Shown piece after piece: positions 45,915 to 58,231 of a stretch of 64,000 bases of DNA; positions within the stretch are counted from its first letter, which is position 1; each line of letters opens with the position of its first letter. Source of the stretch: Macrostomum lignano (Eukaryota); assembly GCA_002269645.1 (NCBI GenBank), contig NIVC01000585.1, positions 63,131 through 127,130 of the forward strand, given 5' to 3'. The notes below the pieces were generated by a model. It did no database searches and was not told the DNA's origin. It was given only the letters and a program-made list of their open reading frames with translations. Both the position numbers and the translations under genes were made by a program.

Positions 45915-47859
45915 TCACACCAACTCCATGACCTCTTCGACGGACAGCATCTTAGTGAAGATGGCCAGATTCCTGATTCTGCCGTGCAGAATCCTGCTCG
46001 GGGGGTTGAAGTACATCATGCCCAGGAACATGCAGCCAATCTTAACCGGGTCGGTGCCGTAGGTGCTGGGAGCCGTGTAGAAGTTCGTGTCCAGCTTCAC
46101 TCCGTTCACCACGAAGTAGCCGGATGTCGGGCCCAGAGCCATGGCCAGGTGAATTGCTGAGCTGTTGGGATAGTCCATGGTTGAACCCGGGCTGAGGGAC
46201 TTGGCGACTTGCCAATGGCCTGTGAGGGAGTTCAGGAACCAGCCCTCGTTCCTCGAGGACTGCTCGTTGATGGCGCCGTTGTATTGAGTGATGTCTGAGC
46301 AGCTGGAAAACAGGACCAGCTCGGAGCGGCTTTTTGGCAGGCCTCGACTAAACGTGATCACGAAGGTGAACGAGGTGTTGGCCCTGAAATAAATTTAGCA
46401 ATGGGTTCCCGGCTTCTGCTGAAGACAGATAAAATACTTGCGATTTGAACTTCCTCATTACTCAAGGTTAAAATTTGTCGAGACAAAGTTTTAGAAAAGA
46501 CAATTAGAAACAGGTGCGTACAAAAAGTCGTCTGTATCATCTGAACAAATTTGCTGGGGTTTGCTGGGTTTGCTTGCTTTGAAATACGAAAGTCGAACTC
46601 AGAAATCGCAGCTCCAGTTCAAGCTCACCTGACGAGCGAGTCGAAGCCGATATGCGATAGGTTGAGCCGCACGAACTGCGCCGTGTTCAGCGGAATCAGG
46701 ACGCCCTCGGGCCCGATGTCCACCGGCGAGTTGTTAAAGGCCGGCATGATGGCAGGGCTGGCGAGGTTCAGCATGCTTGAGTTGAAGGCGTAGAAGGCGA
46801 GCATAGACGAGGCCCAGGTGCGCGTCTTGTGCCACATGCTGCAGCCGTGGATTCCCTGGAGACGGCTGCTCAGGTAGAGGCTGAGGGAGCCCTCAAAGCA
46901 GCCGGAGGCGTTGAAAACGAAGAACTCGCAGGTCGGACGCCAAGCGCAAGCCTGGGCGCAGATGTCCAGCCGATGAGGCTGAGACCAGGCCAGGTGGACC
47001 GCAGGCGGGACATTGCCGCTGGCCGCGGCGCTGCTGCACAAGGTCTCGTTGGTGAACTGGTCGCGCCAGCGGACCGACACGGAGAGCAGAGAGAAGTCAG
47101 CGGTCGAACTTGAGAAGTAATCGGAGGTCGTTAGCGGCGAGCAGCGGATCAGGGCTTTTCCGGGCTGCGTGGCGCTGACAGCGGCGCCGATTGGGGCGAA
47201 CAGCGAGCCATCAGACGCGAGACGCCTGCACCAGCGAGAGCAGAGCAGTTCGATGAGAAGCACCGCATCTCCGGTCGAGTTCAAAGCCAGGAAGGGCGCC
47301 TCGAGCGTTTCGTTTGTGGCGCAGAGATCTGATCGTAGTGATCGCAGGCAATCATATGTTTTGATGGCTTAATCAAGACTTTCCTACCACTTTTTACAAA
47401 AAAATTGGTCAAGGCTGCATGGCGCAAATGTGAGAATCACATTCTTGGTCATTGTCCAAAACTTTGACTGCGGACTGCAACTTTTCGAGTGATCAGACCG
47501 CCTGCTGAAAGTGGACAGGGGGGAGGACTTACACGATAGAGCCCAGGAGCTTCAGCTAAACTCTCACCATTTGGGATGTTGGACTTGGCCACGATCCGGC
47601 AGTTCCCGGAAGTCAGCCCGACTGAGGCGTTGCGCACCAGCCGCCAGCTGCTGCCGTTTCCACTGCAGGCGAGACAGCCCGGAGTTCCGGCGCACTCTCC
47701 CGCGCACTCGACGCCGCTGTCCGCCACCGAAAGCGTCGCGAGCGGATCGCCGGTGGCGCTGCACAGCCCGCCGGTCACCGAGAACTGCTGGCCGACTGAC
47801 TCGCTGACGGGAGGAGCCGAGGCCAATGCAGCCAGCAGCAGGGGCAGCCAACTCTCCAT
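45915..47859 (-). CDS. Secreted protein (signal peptide, two PAN/apple-like modules, C-terminal LamG/pentraxin-like domain); exons 47859-47568, 47328-46629, 46383-45915; 486 aa
   Basis: Phases match (1, 2). Motifs: ECAGECAGTPGCLAC, CAQACAWRPTCEFFVFNASGC, IHLAMAL..YFVVNGV..KIG..LHGRIRNLAIFTKMLSVEEV. Confidence 0.8.
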
Positions 47860-48420
47860 TGCTTGGATTTTTGCTTACCCCAAAACAACGATTGAATTGC
47901 AGCTCACTCGAGCTTGGGAAGGAATTATTTAAATGCTTGGAGTTTAATCACCAAATGCATTTTTAATTAACGTAACTGTGCATCAAAACCCCAATCATTT
48001 TTCTTGATTAATTTCTCTGATTTATCAGTTAATCCTGCAAAAAGCCCATGGTTCAGACAATAAACTCCAGAAATACCACCTCTAGGAGTTTCGTTTCATG
48101 GGGTCGCCAGAAGCTGGAGCAGCCGTTTCTGTCGGCAAGCGGCTAACATTGTTTTAAAATTTTAATTGCCTGACTGCTACAAACAATCCCTTTCACGGCT
48201 GCAATCATTGAATTAGCATGATGAGGGATTAGCGGTGTGCCGCCCGATCCTTTGTTTGGCGAACACTTCGCAGAATTTGCTGTTTAGGATGATGTTCGAG
48301 TCACTTTTTAAAATTAATTTTCACGCCTTGTTTTTCAGTGCATTTTTGCGATAATTAAAATTTCCTATTTTGCTTATTCCGTCACGATGTTTGGGGAGGC
48401 AATCAGTGATGAAGAGTTAC

Positions 48421-48665
48421 CAGGTGCGTCGCCACCGGGGGCAGGGGGGGGGGATGCCAATGCTTTGTTCCTCCGCCCCACCCCACCTTTGAGACCCGTT
48501 ATGGAAATTTATAGTTTTGATTCATGTTGCCAAAATTTAACGCCTTTGGCACCAAAAGGAGTGCTAAGAAGACCCATTCCCAAAATAATTTAGGAATTGA
48601 GTCATCTAACGGTGAGGAATTCTTGGCCTGGTCCGCCCGCCTTAAATTCCAAGGCGAGGCACCTG
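48421..48665. mobile_element. hAT-like MITE, 245 bp
   Basis: 13-bp TIR CAGGTGCGTCGCC / GGCGAGGCACCTG (12/13 match) and a degenerate 8-bp TSD AGAGTTAC / GGAGTTGC (6/8). Confidence 0.65.
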
Positions 48666-48798
48666 GGAGTTGCTGTAAAATTGTCTGTCCGCTTCTCAAC
48701 ACCTGTTTCATTAGACAGGGCAAAATCATATGACTCACAAAACAGTTTGACTGACCCGAAATGCTGGCTGGTATATCCAGCTCACAACGATTCCAGAT

Positions 48799-49044
<246 letters not shown>

Positions 49045-49367
49045 ACAAGTGTCTGTGTGTTTAGCTGGACCTCAGAAGTTTTAATGCATTACATGGACCA
49101 CCGACTCTTTTACTTTTAATAGAGCCTTTTTTTAGTTCACGAAAGATCTTCAAAAGTTTGTTTATTTTTGAAGCTGACAGAGGCTCTCATTAGTGGAAAC
49201 TGCACCAGCATTTTTATTACTTAAACTGGACTGGTTTATATGGACACCGACAGAACGTGTTTTAGGTGAACCTCCACACCGATTCAAAATCATAGACCAA
49301 ATTTAGCGAAAACCTAACACTGACAGCTAAGGTTAAACACAGACGGAGGCAATTGGAAATAATCGAT

Positions 49368-49900
49368 TTAACGTAAAGGAAACAATTTTAAAGAAACACA
49401 AAACATTGAAATCTTTTGCCGGATTCGTTGATCCTGCTCCTCGGATTCTCGAAGGTCGTATAAATCCGGATTAGTAAAATAGTCGAACACTTGTAGATTT
49501 TCAGAAAAAATTGGTCCACGCCGTCGGCTTGCATCCCCAATAACAACTGCTGTTCCAGACAGGATTTTGCCGTGACTTAATGCAAATGATCCTGCCGCAT
49601 TAGCTGAGTCGGCTCGACTTGCAATATAGCCGCGGTCACGTAAACAGTCTCGAACCCCTTGTAGACTGATATTTGGAATTCCGAGGAGCCTTGTTTTTGC
49701 AACATCGTCATCGGCAGAGCAAAAGCCAGAGTATGCACTGGCTGCGGTAGCCATTTTTTGCATCGCACATCCCCGTGGCAACTCCACTGTTGCCGATATG
49801 TATGTTCGAATATGTTCGAAATGGACATTTCCGAACAGTTCGCAGGTGTTGAAATTGAGACGACGAAGTCCACCTATGAAATTAATTAAATTACATAAAA
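49368..49900 (-). CDS. Unassigned coding-like segment, possibly the last exon of the chromodomain gene
   Basis: About 190-codon open frame in an AT-rich region. A GT donor of an upstream minus-strand exon lies near 50078. No recognised domain. Confidence 0.35.
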
Positions 49901-50383
49901 TGCTTTGTATAAAGTTCAGGAAAATGCAATCAAATTGTTCTATCATTAGGATTAAGAAGCGTTAAAAGATACGCTCGAATGCGCTCACTTAAATTGATAC
50001 CAACAATAGAATTAAAAAACAACTCAACGTTTACTACCAAAACTAACTTCGACAACAACAAATACTAAAGTCACTTACCTGATTTGAAAAAAACGAAGCA
50101 ATAGTGCCACCAAAATACTACACGCCTTCTTCACATAGCCGATCACGGTTAAAAGCCTTTGGATATGCGAAAAAAAACTTTTTGTCTTGGAACCAATTCG
50201 TTGAAAACTCGTTTCTGCTGTCGACTGCCTAAAATGTAAGTACCACTAAAAACATATAAAGCAAAACAAAAGGGAAACATTCTTATACTATTCACAGGCA
50301 CTACATTTCAATTTATTTAAAAGAGATAATCAGAACTCGCGGAATATCGGACCTTAAGAGAGTCTGAGAATGAGAGCTTATAA

Positions 50384-51195
50384 GCTGGACCCCAGATCAG
50401 GGCACCATCTTAAACTGACTGCGTCTGTCTGTTGGTGTCACGGTGTGTTAGCTGGACCCCAGGTCGGGGCACCATCTTAAACTGACTGCGTCTGTCTGTT
50501 GGTGTCACGGTGTGTTAGCTGGACCCCAGATCTGGGCACCATCTTAAACTGACTGCGTCTGTCTGTTGGTGTCACGGTGTGTTAGCTGGACCCCAGATCT
50601 GGGCACCATCTTAAACTGACTGCGTCTGTCTGTTGGTGTCACGGTGTGTTAGCTGGACCCCAGATCTGGGCACCATCTTAAACTAACTGCGTCTGTCTGT
50701 TGGTGTCACGGTGTGTTAGCTGGACCCCAGATCTGGGCACCATCTTAAACTGACTGCGTCTGTCTGTTGGTGTCACGGTGTGTTAGCTGGACCCCAGGTC
50801 GGGGCACCATCTTAAACTGACTGCGTCTGTCTGTTGGTGTCACGGTGTGTTAGCTGGACCCCAGATCTGGGCACCATCTTAAACTGACTGCGTCTGTCTG
50901 TTGGTGTCACGGTGTGTTAGCTGGACCCCAGATCTGGGCACCATCTTAAACTGACTGCGTCTGTCTGTTGGTGTCACGGTGTGTTAGCTGGACCCCAGAT
51001 CTGGGCACCATCTTAAACTGACTGCGTCTGTCTGTTGGTGTCACGGTGTGTTAGCTGGACCCCAGGTCGGGGCACCATCTTAAACTGACTGCGTCTGTCT
51101 GTTGGTGTCACGGTGTGTTAGCTGGACCCCAGGTCGGGGCACCATCTTAAACTGACTGCGTCTGTCTGTTGGTGTCACGGTGTGTTAGCTGGACC
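50384..51195. repeat. 67-bp satellite, block 1 (~12 units)
   Basis: AGCTGGACCCC recurs at 50450, 50517 and 50584. Confidence 0.97.
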
Positions 51196-51850
51196 TTAGA
51201 TAAGAGCAAAATCTAAGACTGTCTTCTTTAAATTCAAACACTAATAGAAGATTCAATTGTGCGAGTTGCAGTGCAGTTTTGAACAAAGGCGTAAAAGTGC
51301 AGCGCAACAAAGTACTTACAGCAGAAGAGGTGCCTTTAGCAGCGGCTTGATGAGAGGAGCCAGCTTCAAACGAGTCAGCACTTTCACATCGGGACTGCTT
51401 GCTTCCTTTCCTCTTAACCGATCTGGACTTGTTTCGAGCTCTCTTGGCCGATTCGTGCTGCTCTGGAGAAAAACTGGCCGAGTCTTGATGCCGCTTCTGC
51501 TGACTGGCCGAGTCTTGATGCGGCTTCTGCTGACTGGCCGAGTCTTGATGCGGCTTCTGCTGACTGGCCGAGTCTTGATGCGGCTTCTGCTGACTGGTCG
51601 AGCGACGTTGCTTCTTTGACTTATTGGCCGAGTTCTGCAGCAGCTGAGGAGAGTGACTGGCCGAGTTTTGATGCGGCTTCTGCTGACTGGCCGTGTCTTG
51701 ATGCGGCTGAGGAGACTGAGTGGCCGGGTTCTGTTGCTGCTTCTGCTGACTGGCCAAGTCTTGTTGCAGCTGAGAAGACTGACTGGTTGAGTCTTGCTGC
51801 TTGGTGTGTATATTAAAAATTCCTTCCGTTAAAACGAAAGCTCTAATTGG
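51196..51850 (-). CDS. Probable exon encoding a Q/S/H-rich repeat (SQQKPHQDSA) plus a basic patch, between two satellite blocks
   Basis: Open frame of more than 200 codons with in-frame 30-bp repeats and an NLS-like KRARNKSRSVKRK. Splice sites not fixed. Confidence 0.5.
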
Positions 51851-51915
51851 AAACTAATATTTTGTAAGTTGGCTAGACTTTTAGTGTCTGTATCTAGTTT
51901 TCAGTCTCACGTCAT

Positions 51916-54410
51916 GGTGTGTTAGCTGGACCCCAGATCGGGGCACCATCTTAAACTGACTGCGTCTGTCTGTTGGTGTCACGGTGTGTTAGCTGGACCC
52001 CAGATCGGGGCACCATCTTAAACTGACTGCGTCTGTCTGTTGGTGTCACGGTGTGTTAGCTGGACCCCAGGTCGGGGCACCATCTTAAACTGACTGCGTC
52101 TGTCTGTTGGTGTCACGGTGTGTTAGCTGGACCCCAGGTCGGGGCACCATCTTAAACTGACTGCGTCTGTCTGTTGGTGTCACGGTGTGTTAGCTGGACC
52201 CCAGGTCGGGGCACCATCTTAAACTGACTGCGTCTGTCTGTTGGTGTCACGGTGTGTTAGCTGGACCCCAGATCTGGGCACCATCTTAAACTGACTGCGT
52301 CTGTCTGTTGGTGTCACGGTGTGTTAGCTGGACCCCAGATCTGGGCACCATCTTAAACTGACTGCGTCTGTCTGTTGGTGTCACGGTGTGTTAGCTGGAC
52401 CCCAGATCTGGGCACCATCTTAAACTGACTGCGTCTGTCTGTTGGTGTCACGGTGTGTTAGCTGGACCCCAGATCTGGGCACCATCTTAAACTGACTGCG
52501 TCTGTCTGTTGGTGTCACGGTGTGTTAGCTGGACCCCAGGTCGGGGCACCATCTTAAACTGACTGCGTCTGTCTGTTGGTGTCACGGTGTGTTAGCTGGA
52601 CCCCAGATCGGGGCACCATCTTAAACTGACTGCATCTGTCTGTTGGTGTCACGGTGTGTTAGCTGGACCCCAGATCTGGGCACCATCTTAAACTGACTGC
52701 GTCTGTCTGTTGGTGTCACGGTGTGTTAGCTGGACCCCAGATCTGGGCACCATCTTAAACTGACTGCGTCTGTCTGTTGGTGTCACGGTGTGTTAGCTGG
52801 ACCCCAGGTCGGGGCACCATCTTAAACTGACTGCGTCTGTCTGTTGGTGTCACGGTGTGTTAGCTGGACCCCAGATCTGGGCACCATCTTAAACTGACTG
52901 CGTCTGTCTGTTGGTGTCACGGTGTGTTAGCTGGACCCCAGATCTGGGCACCATCTTAAACTGACTGCGTCTGTCTGTTGGTGTCACGGTGTGTTAGCTG
53001 GACCCCAGATCTGGGCACCATCTTAAACTGACTGCGTCTGTCTGTTGGTGTCACGGTGTGTTAGCTGGACCCCAGATCTGGGCACCATCTTAAACTGACT
53101 GCGTCTGTCTGTTGGTGTCACGGTGTGTTGGCTGGACCCCAGGTCGGGGCACCATCTTAAACTGACTGCGTCTGTCTGTTGGTGTCACGGTGTGTTAGCT
53201 GGACCCCAGGTCGGGGCACCATCTTAAACTGACTGCGTCTGTCTGTTGGTGTCACGGTGTGTTAGCTGGACCCCAGATCTGGGCACCATCTTAAACTGAC
53301 TGCGTCTGTCTGTTGGTGTCACGGTGTGTTAGCTGGACCCCAGATCGGGCACCATCTTAAACTGACTGCATCTGTCTGTTGGTGTCACGGTGTGTTAGCT
53401 GGACCCCAGATCTGGGCACCATCTTAAACTGACTGCGTCTGTCTGTTGGTGTCACGGTGTGTTGGCTGGACCCCAGGTCGGGGCACCATCTTAAACTGAC
53501 TGCGTCTGTCTGTTGGTGTCACGGTGTGTTAGCTGGACCCCAGGTCGGGGCACCATCTTAAACTGACTGCGTCTGTCTGTTGGTGTCACGGTGTGTTAGC
53601 TGGACCCCAGGTCGGGGCACCATCTTAAACTGACTGCGTCTGTCTGTTGGTGTCACGGTGTGTTAGCTGGACCCCAGATCGGGGCACCATCTTAAACTGA
53701 CTGCATCTGTCTGTTGGTGTCACGGTGTGTTAGCTGGACCCCAGATCTGGGCACCATCTTAAACTGACTGCGTCTGTCTGTTGGTGTCACGGTGTGTTGG
53801 CTGGACCCCAGGTCGGGGCACCATCTTAAACTGACTGCGTCTGTCTGTTGGTGTCACGGTGTGTTAGCTGGACCCCAGGTCGGGGCACCATCTTAAACTG
53901 ACTGCGTCTGTCTGTTGGTGTCACGGTGTGTTGGCTGGACCCCAGGTCGGGGCACCATCTTAAACTGACTGCGTCTGTCTGTTGGTGTCACGGTGTGTTA
54001 GCTGGACCCCAGGTCGGGGCACCATCTTAAACTGACTGCGTCTGTCTGTTGGTGTCACGGTGTGTTAGCTGGACCCCAGATCTGGGCACCATCTTAAACT
54101 GACTGCGTCTGTCTGTTGGTGTCACGGTGTGTTAGCTGGACCCCAGATCGGGGCACCATCTTAAACTGACTGCATCTGTCTGTTGGTGTCACGGTGTGTT
54201 AGCTGGACCCCAGGTCGGGGCACCATCTTAAACTGACTGCGTCTGTCTGTTGGTGTCACGGTGTGTTAGCTGGACCCCAGATCTGGGCACCATCTTAAAC
54301 TGACTGCGTCTGTCTGTTGGTGTCACGGTGTGTTAGCTGGACCCCAGATCGGGGCACCATCTTAACTGTGTCTGTCTGTTGTTTACAAGGTGTGTTAGCT
54401 CAGCTGGACC
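51916..54410. repeat. 67-bp satellite, block 2 (~37 units)
   Basis: Same unit as block 1. Confidence 0.97.
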
Positions 54411-54635
54411 CTAATCAAATACTGTTTGTTTACTTTGAAGTACGAGTATGAAGCGTAGAAGAAATGGTTGTAGTAGTTCAGCTGTTTAGGTCATGTAAAG
54501 CTAATTATTTTGTAGCTGTATAGGAATTTCGAATCAAAGAAAAACATAAAGGAGAATTGTGTCCACAATATTTGTTCATAGTTTAAGTAAAGCGCAAAAT
54601 CAAAAATTTTAATAACACGTTACAACAAAACTTAC

Positions 54636-55024
54636 TGACTTGTCCTTAGCTTTTGTTCTAGTGAAGCACTTGCCTGAAATGTATAAAATAATGTAATACT
54701 GTATAAGTTGTTGATGCAAATGTCCTATTGTATGCTATTGATATTGACTGTAGAGTATAGCTTACCGCACTCAGAGTGCAGAGCGTTTAGGATGTTCTCG
54801 GGGATATTTTTTCGGCTCCCATGTGTTTTTACTCCTACAAAGCATGTTAAAAATGAAAAGCAGTAAAGCCTTAAATTTTTTACAAGTTAAGTAAAATATT
54901 ATTTAGAATTAGAAGTTATTCTTTTTTGAAAATTTTCTTACCTGGGATAGCCAGTCCACTTTATAAAAAACTTCTTTTTGCAGCACTTCTCAATCCTTTC
55001 GACGTAAAATATTTTGGCCGTTTT
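54636..55024 (-). CDS. Chromodomain encoded by small exons 55024-54942, 54834-54766 and 54673-54636
   Basis: Spliced read KIFYVERIEKCCKKKFFIKWTGYP|RSKNTWEPK..IPENILNAL with aromatic-cage Y/W/Y. All GT-AG. One A-homopolymer frameshift at 54807-54812. Confidence 0.8.
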
Positions 55025-56312
55025 CTACAGGATATTCTTCCTATACTTGCAGTTGCAATTGCAACGGGGCCTAAACAAACTCTGGTCTTAGTAAGTCTGG
55101 GTTTAAATGGACCTGATTGCGAGGCTTCTATAAGCAAGCAACCCCACGCCAATTTCATTAGACCTTTTCCTATTGGTTAGCGAGATTCTGTGGCTGGCAA
55201 ATGTACAGTGCCCATTGAGATACCCCACTGGTTGGCCAGTGTCCATTCGCACTGTACAGTCTTGAAACAGAAAATTCTAGAATTCTTATCTCCCGACATC
55301 AGCTGTTTTAATAAAAAGCAAACAACTAGTGTACATTGCTGTGTACAATGAGACAAGCAGTCATGCTAAAATAAGGGGGTAGAGATTAGTCTGTGCTACA
55401 GGACATCGTTTTAGGGGAACCACTGGAGGCCGCTATCTTTCAAGGAGTGTGAGGCTCCTTTAAGTATAAGAGCGGCTTACAGTCCAATCACACGATGTAC
55501 TCCGGATTTTCCGTCCAATGAATTTGGTTAAAGGCACTTTAATGTTAGGATAAGCTACGACTTTCAAAGATAGCGATACAAATATGGCTTTCGTTTTGGC
55601 TTTGACATAATAAGATACAGGTCGTACATAGCTCGTACGAAACAGCCTGTTATCAATCATTACTTCATAGTGTGTGATTGTGTAAATACATCATTCCCTG
55701 CAGCACGGGTGGCCAGTTGCATCACTTACAATTGCGATCTTAGAGGAATTTTTAGTAGCTCAAGGTGGAGAGGAGACTCAATGCTGTGATGCAATATCGT
55801 GATTTTTTATAAAAATTGTCTCGAAATTAATAGCATATAATAGTTCCGTCTTTGTCGTCCAAGCCCCAAATCCATTATACATATTGTTGCTTACAAATTT
55901 GTTATTTTATCGCAAAAAACAACGTTTTCACGATTACAACAAATCGACAAATTTAGCTACCAATTTACCTAACAGACACAAAACAGACACCAAACAGACA
56001 CCAAACAGACAGTTTTTGAAAATGGGTCATGTGAAATTTCGATTTACGTGGACCTCGAAAATCGGTTTAGGTGGACCGAGTAAAAGGTCCAGGTAAACTG
56101 AAACCGTTGTAACTTGGAACCAAAAGAACTTCGAGTGAGCAACTTTAGGGACCACGATCGTTTTCTGCTAGACTCCATCATAGGTCTATGTAAAACATCT
56201 TTAACCTTTCATGTAGAAATATATATGGTGGTCCACGTAAGGGGTCCAGTTAAAACGGGTGGTCCATGTAAGGAGGGAAAAATACTGACGAAAGGTCCAA
56301 GTAAACACACAG

Positions 56313-56320
56313 ACATTAAC

Positions 56321-56375
<55 letters not shown>

Positions 56376-56490
56376 CGCAGACAGACAGACAGACAGACAC
56401 TAAGACAGACAGACACTAAGACAGACAGACAGACAGACACTAAGACAGACAGACAGGCAGACACTAAGACAGACACTAAGACAGACAGAC
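56313..56490. repeat. (GACA)n / AGACACTAAGACAGAC microsatellite
   Basis: Direct inspection. Confidence 0.95.
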
Positions 56491-57086
56491 GACATAGGCA
56501 GGTATACGGACTAACGCTTTGAAATAGTGAGCGGATTTCAGTTAGTAATTAAACGTACAGAACAAATGACCCATGAGATCGTGAGAATACGGCGAGTAAA
56601 ATGTCTAAGTTTTCCAGGAAATGCTAGCTTATTATTTTTCAACAACAATTTACGTAAAATCGAAATTAGTTTCTCATAAAATCTGTCATCCGTGTCAGTC
56701 CGTACTAGCAAGTGTTTTTCATGGGCAAGAGGGCAATGATGAAGCGCAAACATGGCAAAACAAAGTTTTTAATTGTCTGACTACGACACTACGTGGACAT
56801 CCTTAGTAAAAGCTTGTGGCACTGGAGGCGTACACTGGCCACGTAACACGCCCCAGTGCGAAATGTCTAAAAATAGAATACGCAGGGAACTCCCGTAGAC
56901 CGTATTTGGCAGTGTTCGTCAGATTATTAGTTTGGAGTGCCCGAGCGCGCCCGCGGAATTCCCGGGCAAAGCAGGGCAGTCTAGAAGAACTCTATATAAG
57001 CATTAGCGGCTCAGTCATGACTGGAATGCAACTAGCAACCCTCAGGAAGGCCTCACAGACGCATATATCAAAGAAACGATTTGAGC

Positions 57087-57755
57087 ATGGCACCAAGAAG
57101 CTGCAAATCAGCTGACGACAGAAATAAACTGCGAGACGTCGCCGCAAGAGTCATGAAACTGCGCCAGGTGTGCTCCGAGTCCCAGTGGCTGCAGTTCGTC
57201 AGCGAGCACCGCCGCGCCATTCGCACCCTGATGTCGCAGCGCAGACTCTGTTATCCGATTGCTGACGCCATCGGGCGCGGCAGCGAGGACGAGGCCATCG
57301 AAGCGCTTCGACAAAGCGACCATCTGGGCGTCTGGACTTTGACGGAACGCTGGCGAGGTCCTGGACTCGAGTCGCTGCTGATGCTGGCCGTGTGGGCGGG
57401 AATGTCGAGGTTGGTCGCCGAGCTGGTCAGCCGAAACCCCAGCCAGGTGTTTCGGCTGTACGACAGCAGGGGCCGAAACGCTCTGCACTACTGCTTTGCG
57501 GCTCAAAGCGAGTCCTGCCTGGTAGCCGTGCTCAGAGAGTTCCGCGCGGCCCTCATGAAGAATACGACAGCTGGTGCGGTGCCGCTGCTCCGGGGCCTTC
57601 TGGCGGCGATCAGGATGCCGGACTGCGACGGGGCAACGCCGGCCGCAGTGAATCCTCTGGAGCGAATGTCCAGAACTCTGGACGCAGCTGCTGCTGCTGC
57701 AGAATCCGCTTTGTCGGCTTCGATGACCGCCCTGTCCGCTGCTGCAGCGGCATAA
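57087..57755 (+). CDS. Short single-exon ankyrin-repeat protein (about 2 degenerate repeats, Ala-rich tail)
   Basis: GLESLLMLAVWAGMSRLVAELV and DSRGRNALHYCFAAQSESCLVAVL; intact GC-rich ORF. Confidence 0.7.
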   Translation: MAPRSCKSADDRNKLRDVAARVMKLRQVCSESQWLQFVSEHRRAIRTLMSQRRLCYPIADAIGRGSEDEAIEALRQSDHLGVWTLTERWRGPGLESLLMLAVWAGMSRLVAELVSRNPSQVFRLYDSRGRNALHYCFAAQSESCLVAVLREFRAALMKNTTAGAVPLLRGLLAAIRMPDCDGATPAAVNPLERMSRTLDAAAAAAESALSASMTALSAAAAA

Positions 57756-58231
57756 GGGGGTGAGCTCGGCCACCACCAGATTCTGGACTGCCATGGCTGG
57801 CTGCAACTTACCTGTAGCTTTTACAATAATGGCGTATATCCGCATACTGATTCTGAACGCAGTGAAACTCTTCCAAACCCGCATTAGCCTTTCAACTGCC
57901 CACTAGGCCTTTCTGATTACGCGTGTTAGTAAATTTATGCACCACACTTCACTTTTACTGTTTTGTTTGCTGAAAAAAACTTTTATTCGAGTGTTTAATA
58001 AATAACGTACAGTGTGCACTGCTAAACACTACAGCACCGTCAAGCAATTTACTGCGAAAAAATATAAATGACAGGTGGCGTAAATTGCTGATTTTTATTT
58101 GCTTCTTGCCTCTTGTGATTAGATAAAATCGTTGCGTATCTGCGATTTTATGGTTGTTAAGCGCAGCTGTTTGACACTGATCTGGATGGATGTACCTTGT
58201 GTAGGTCAATCGGTGCGTTTTTAGAGGTGCG

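Noticed and set aside
50384-54410. 67-bp array (and the 30- and 40-bp arrays) as CRISPR
   Set aside because: Units are contiguous with no unique spacers, there are no cas genes, and the context is eukaryotic.
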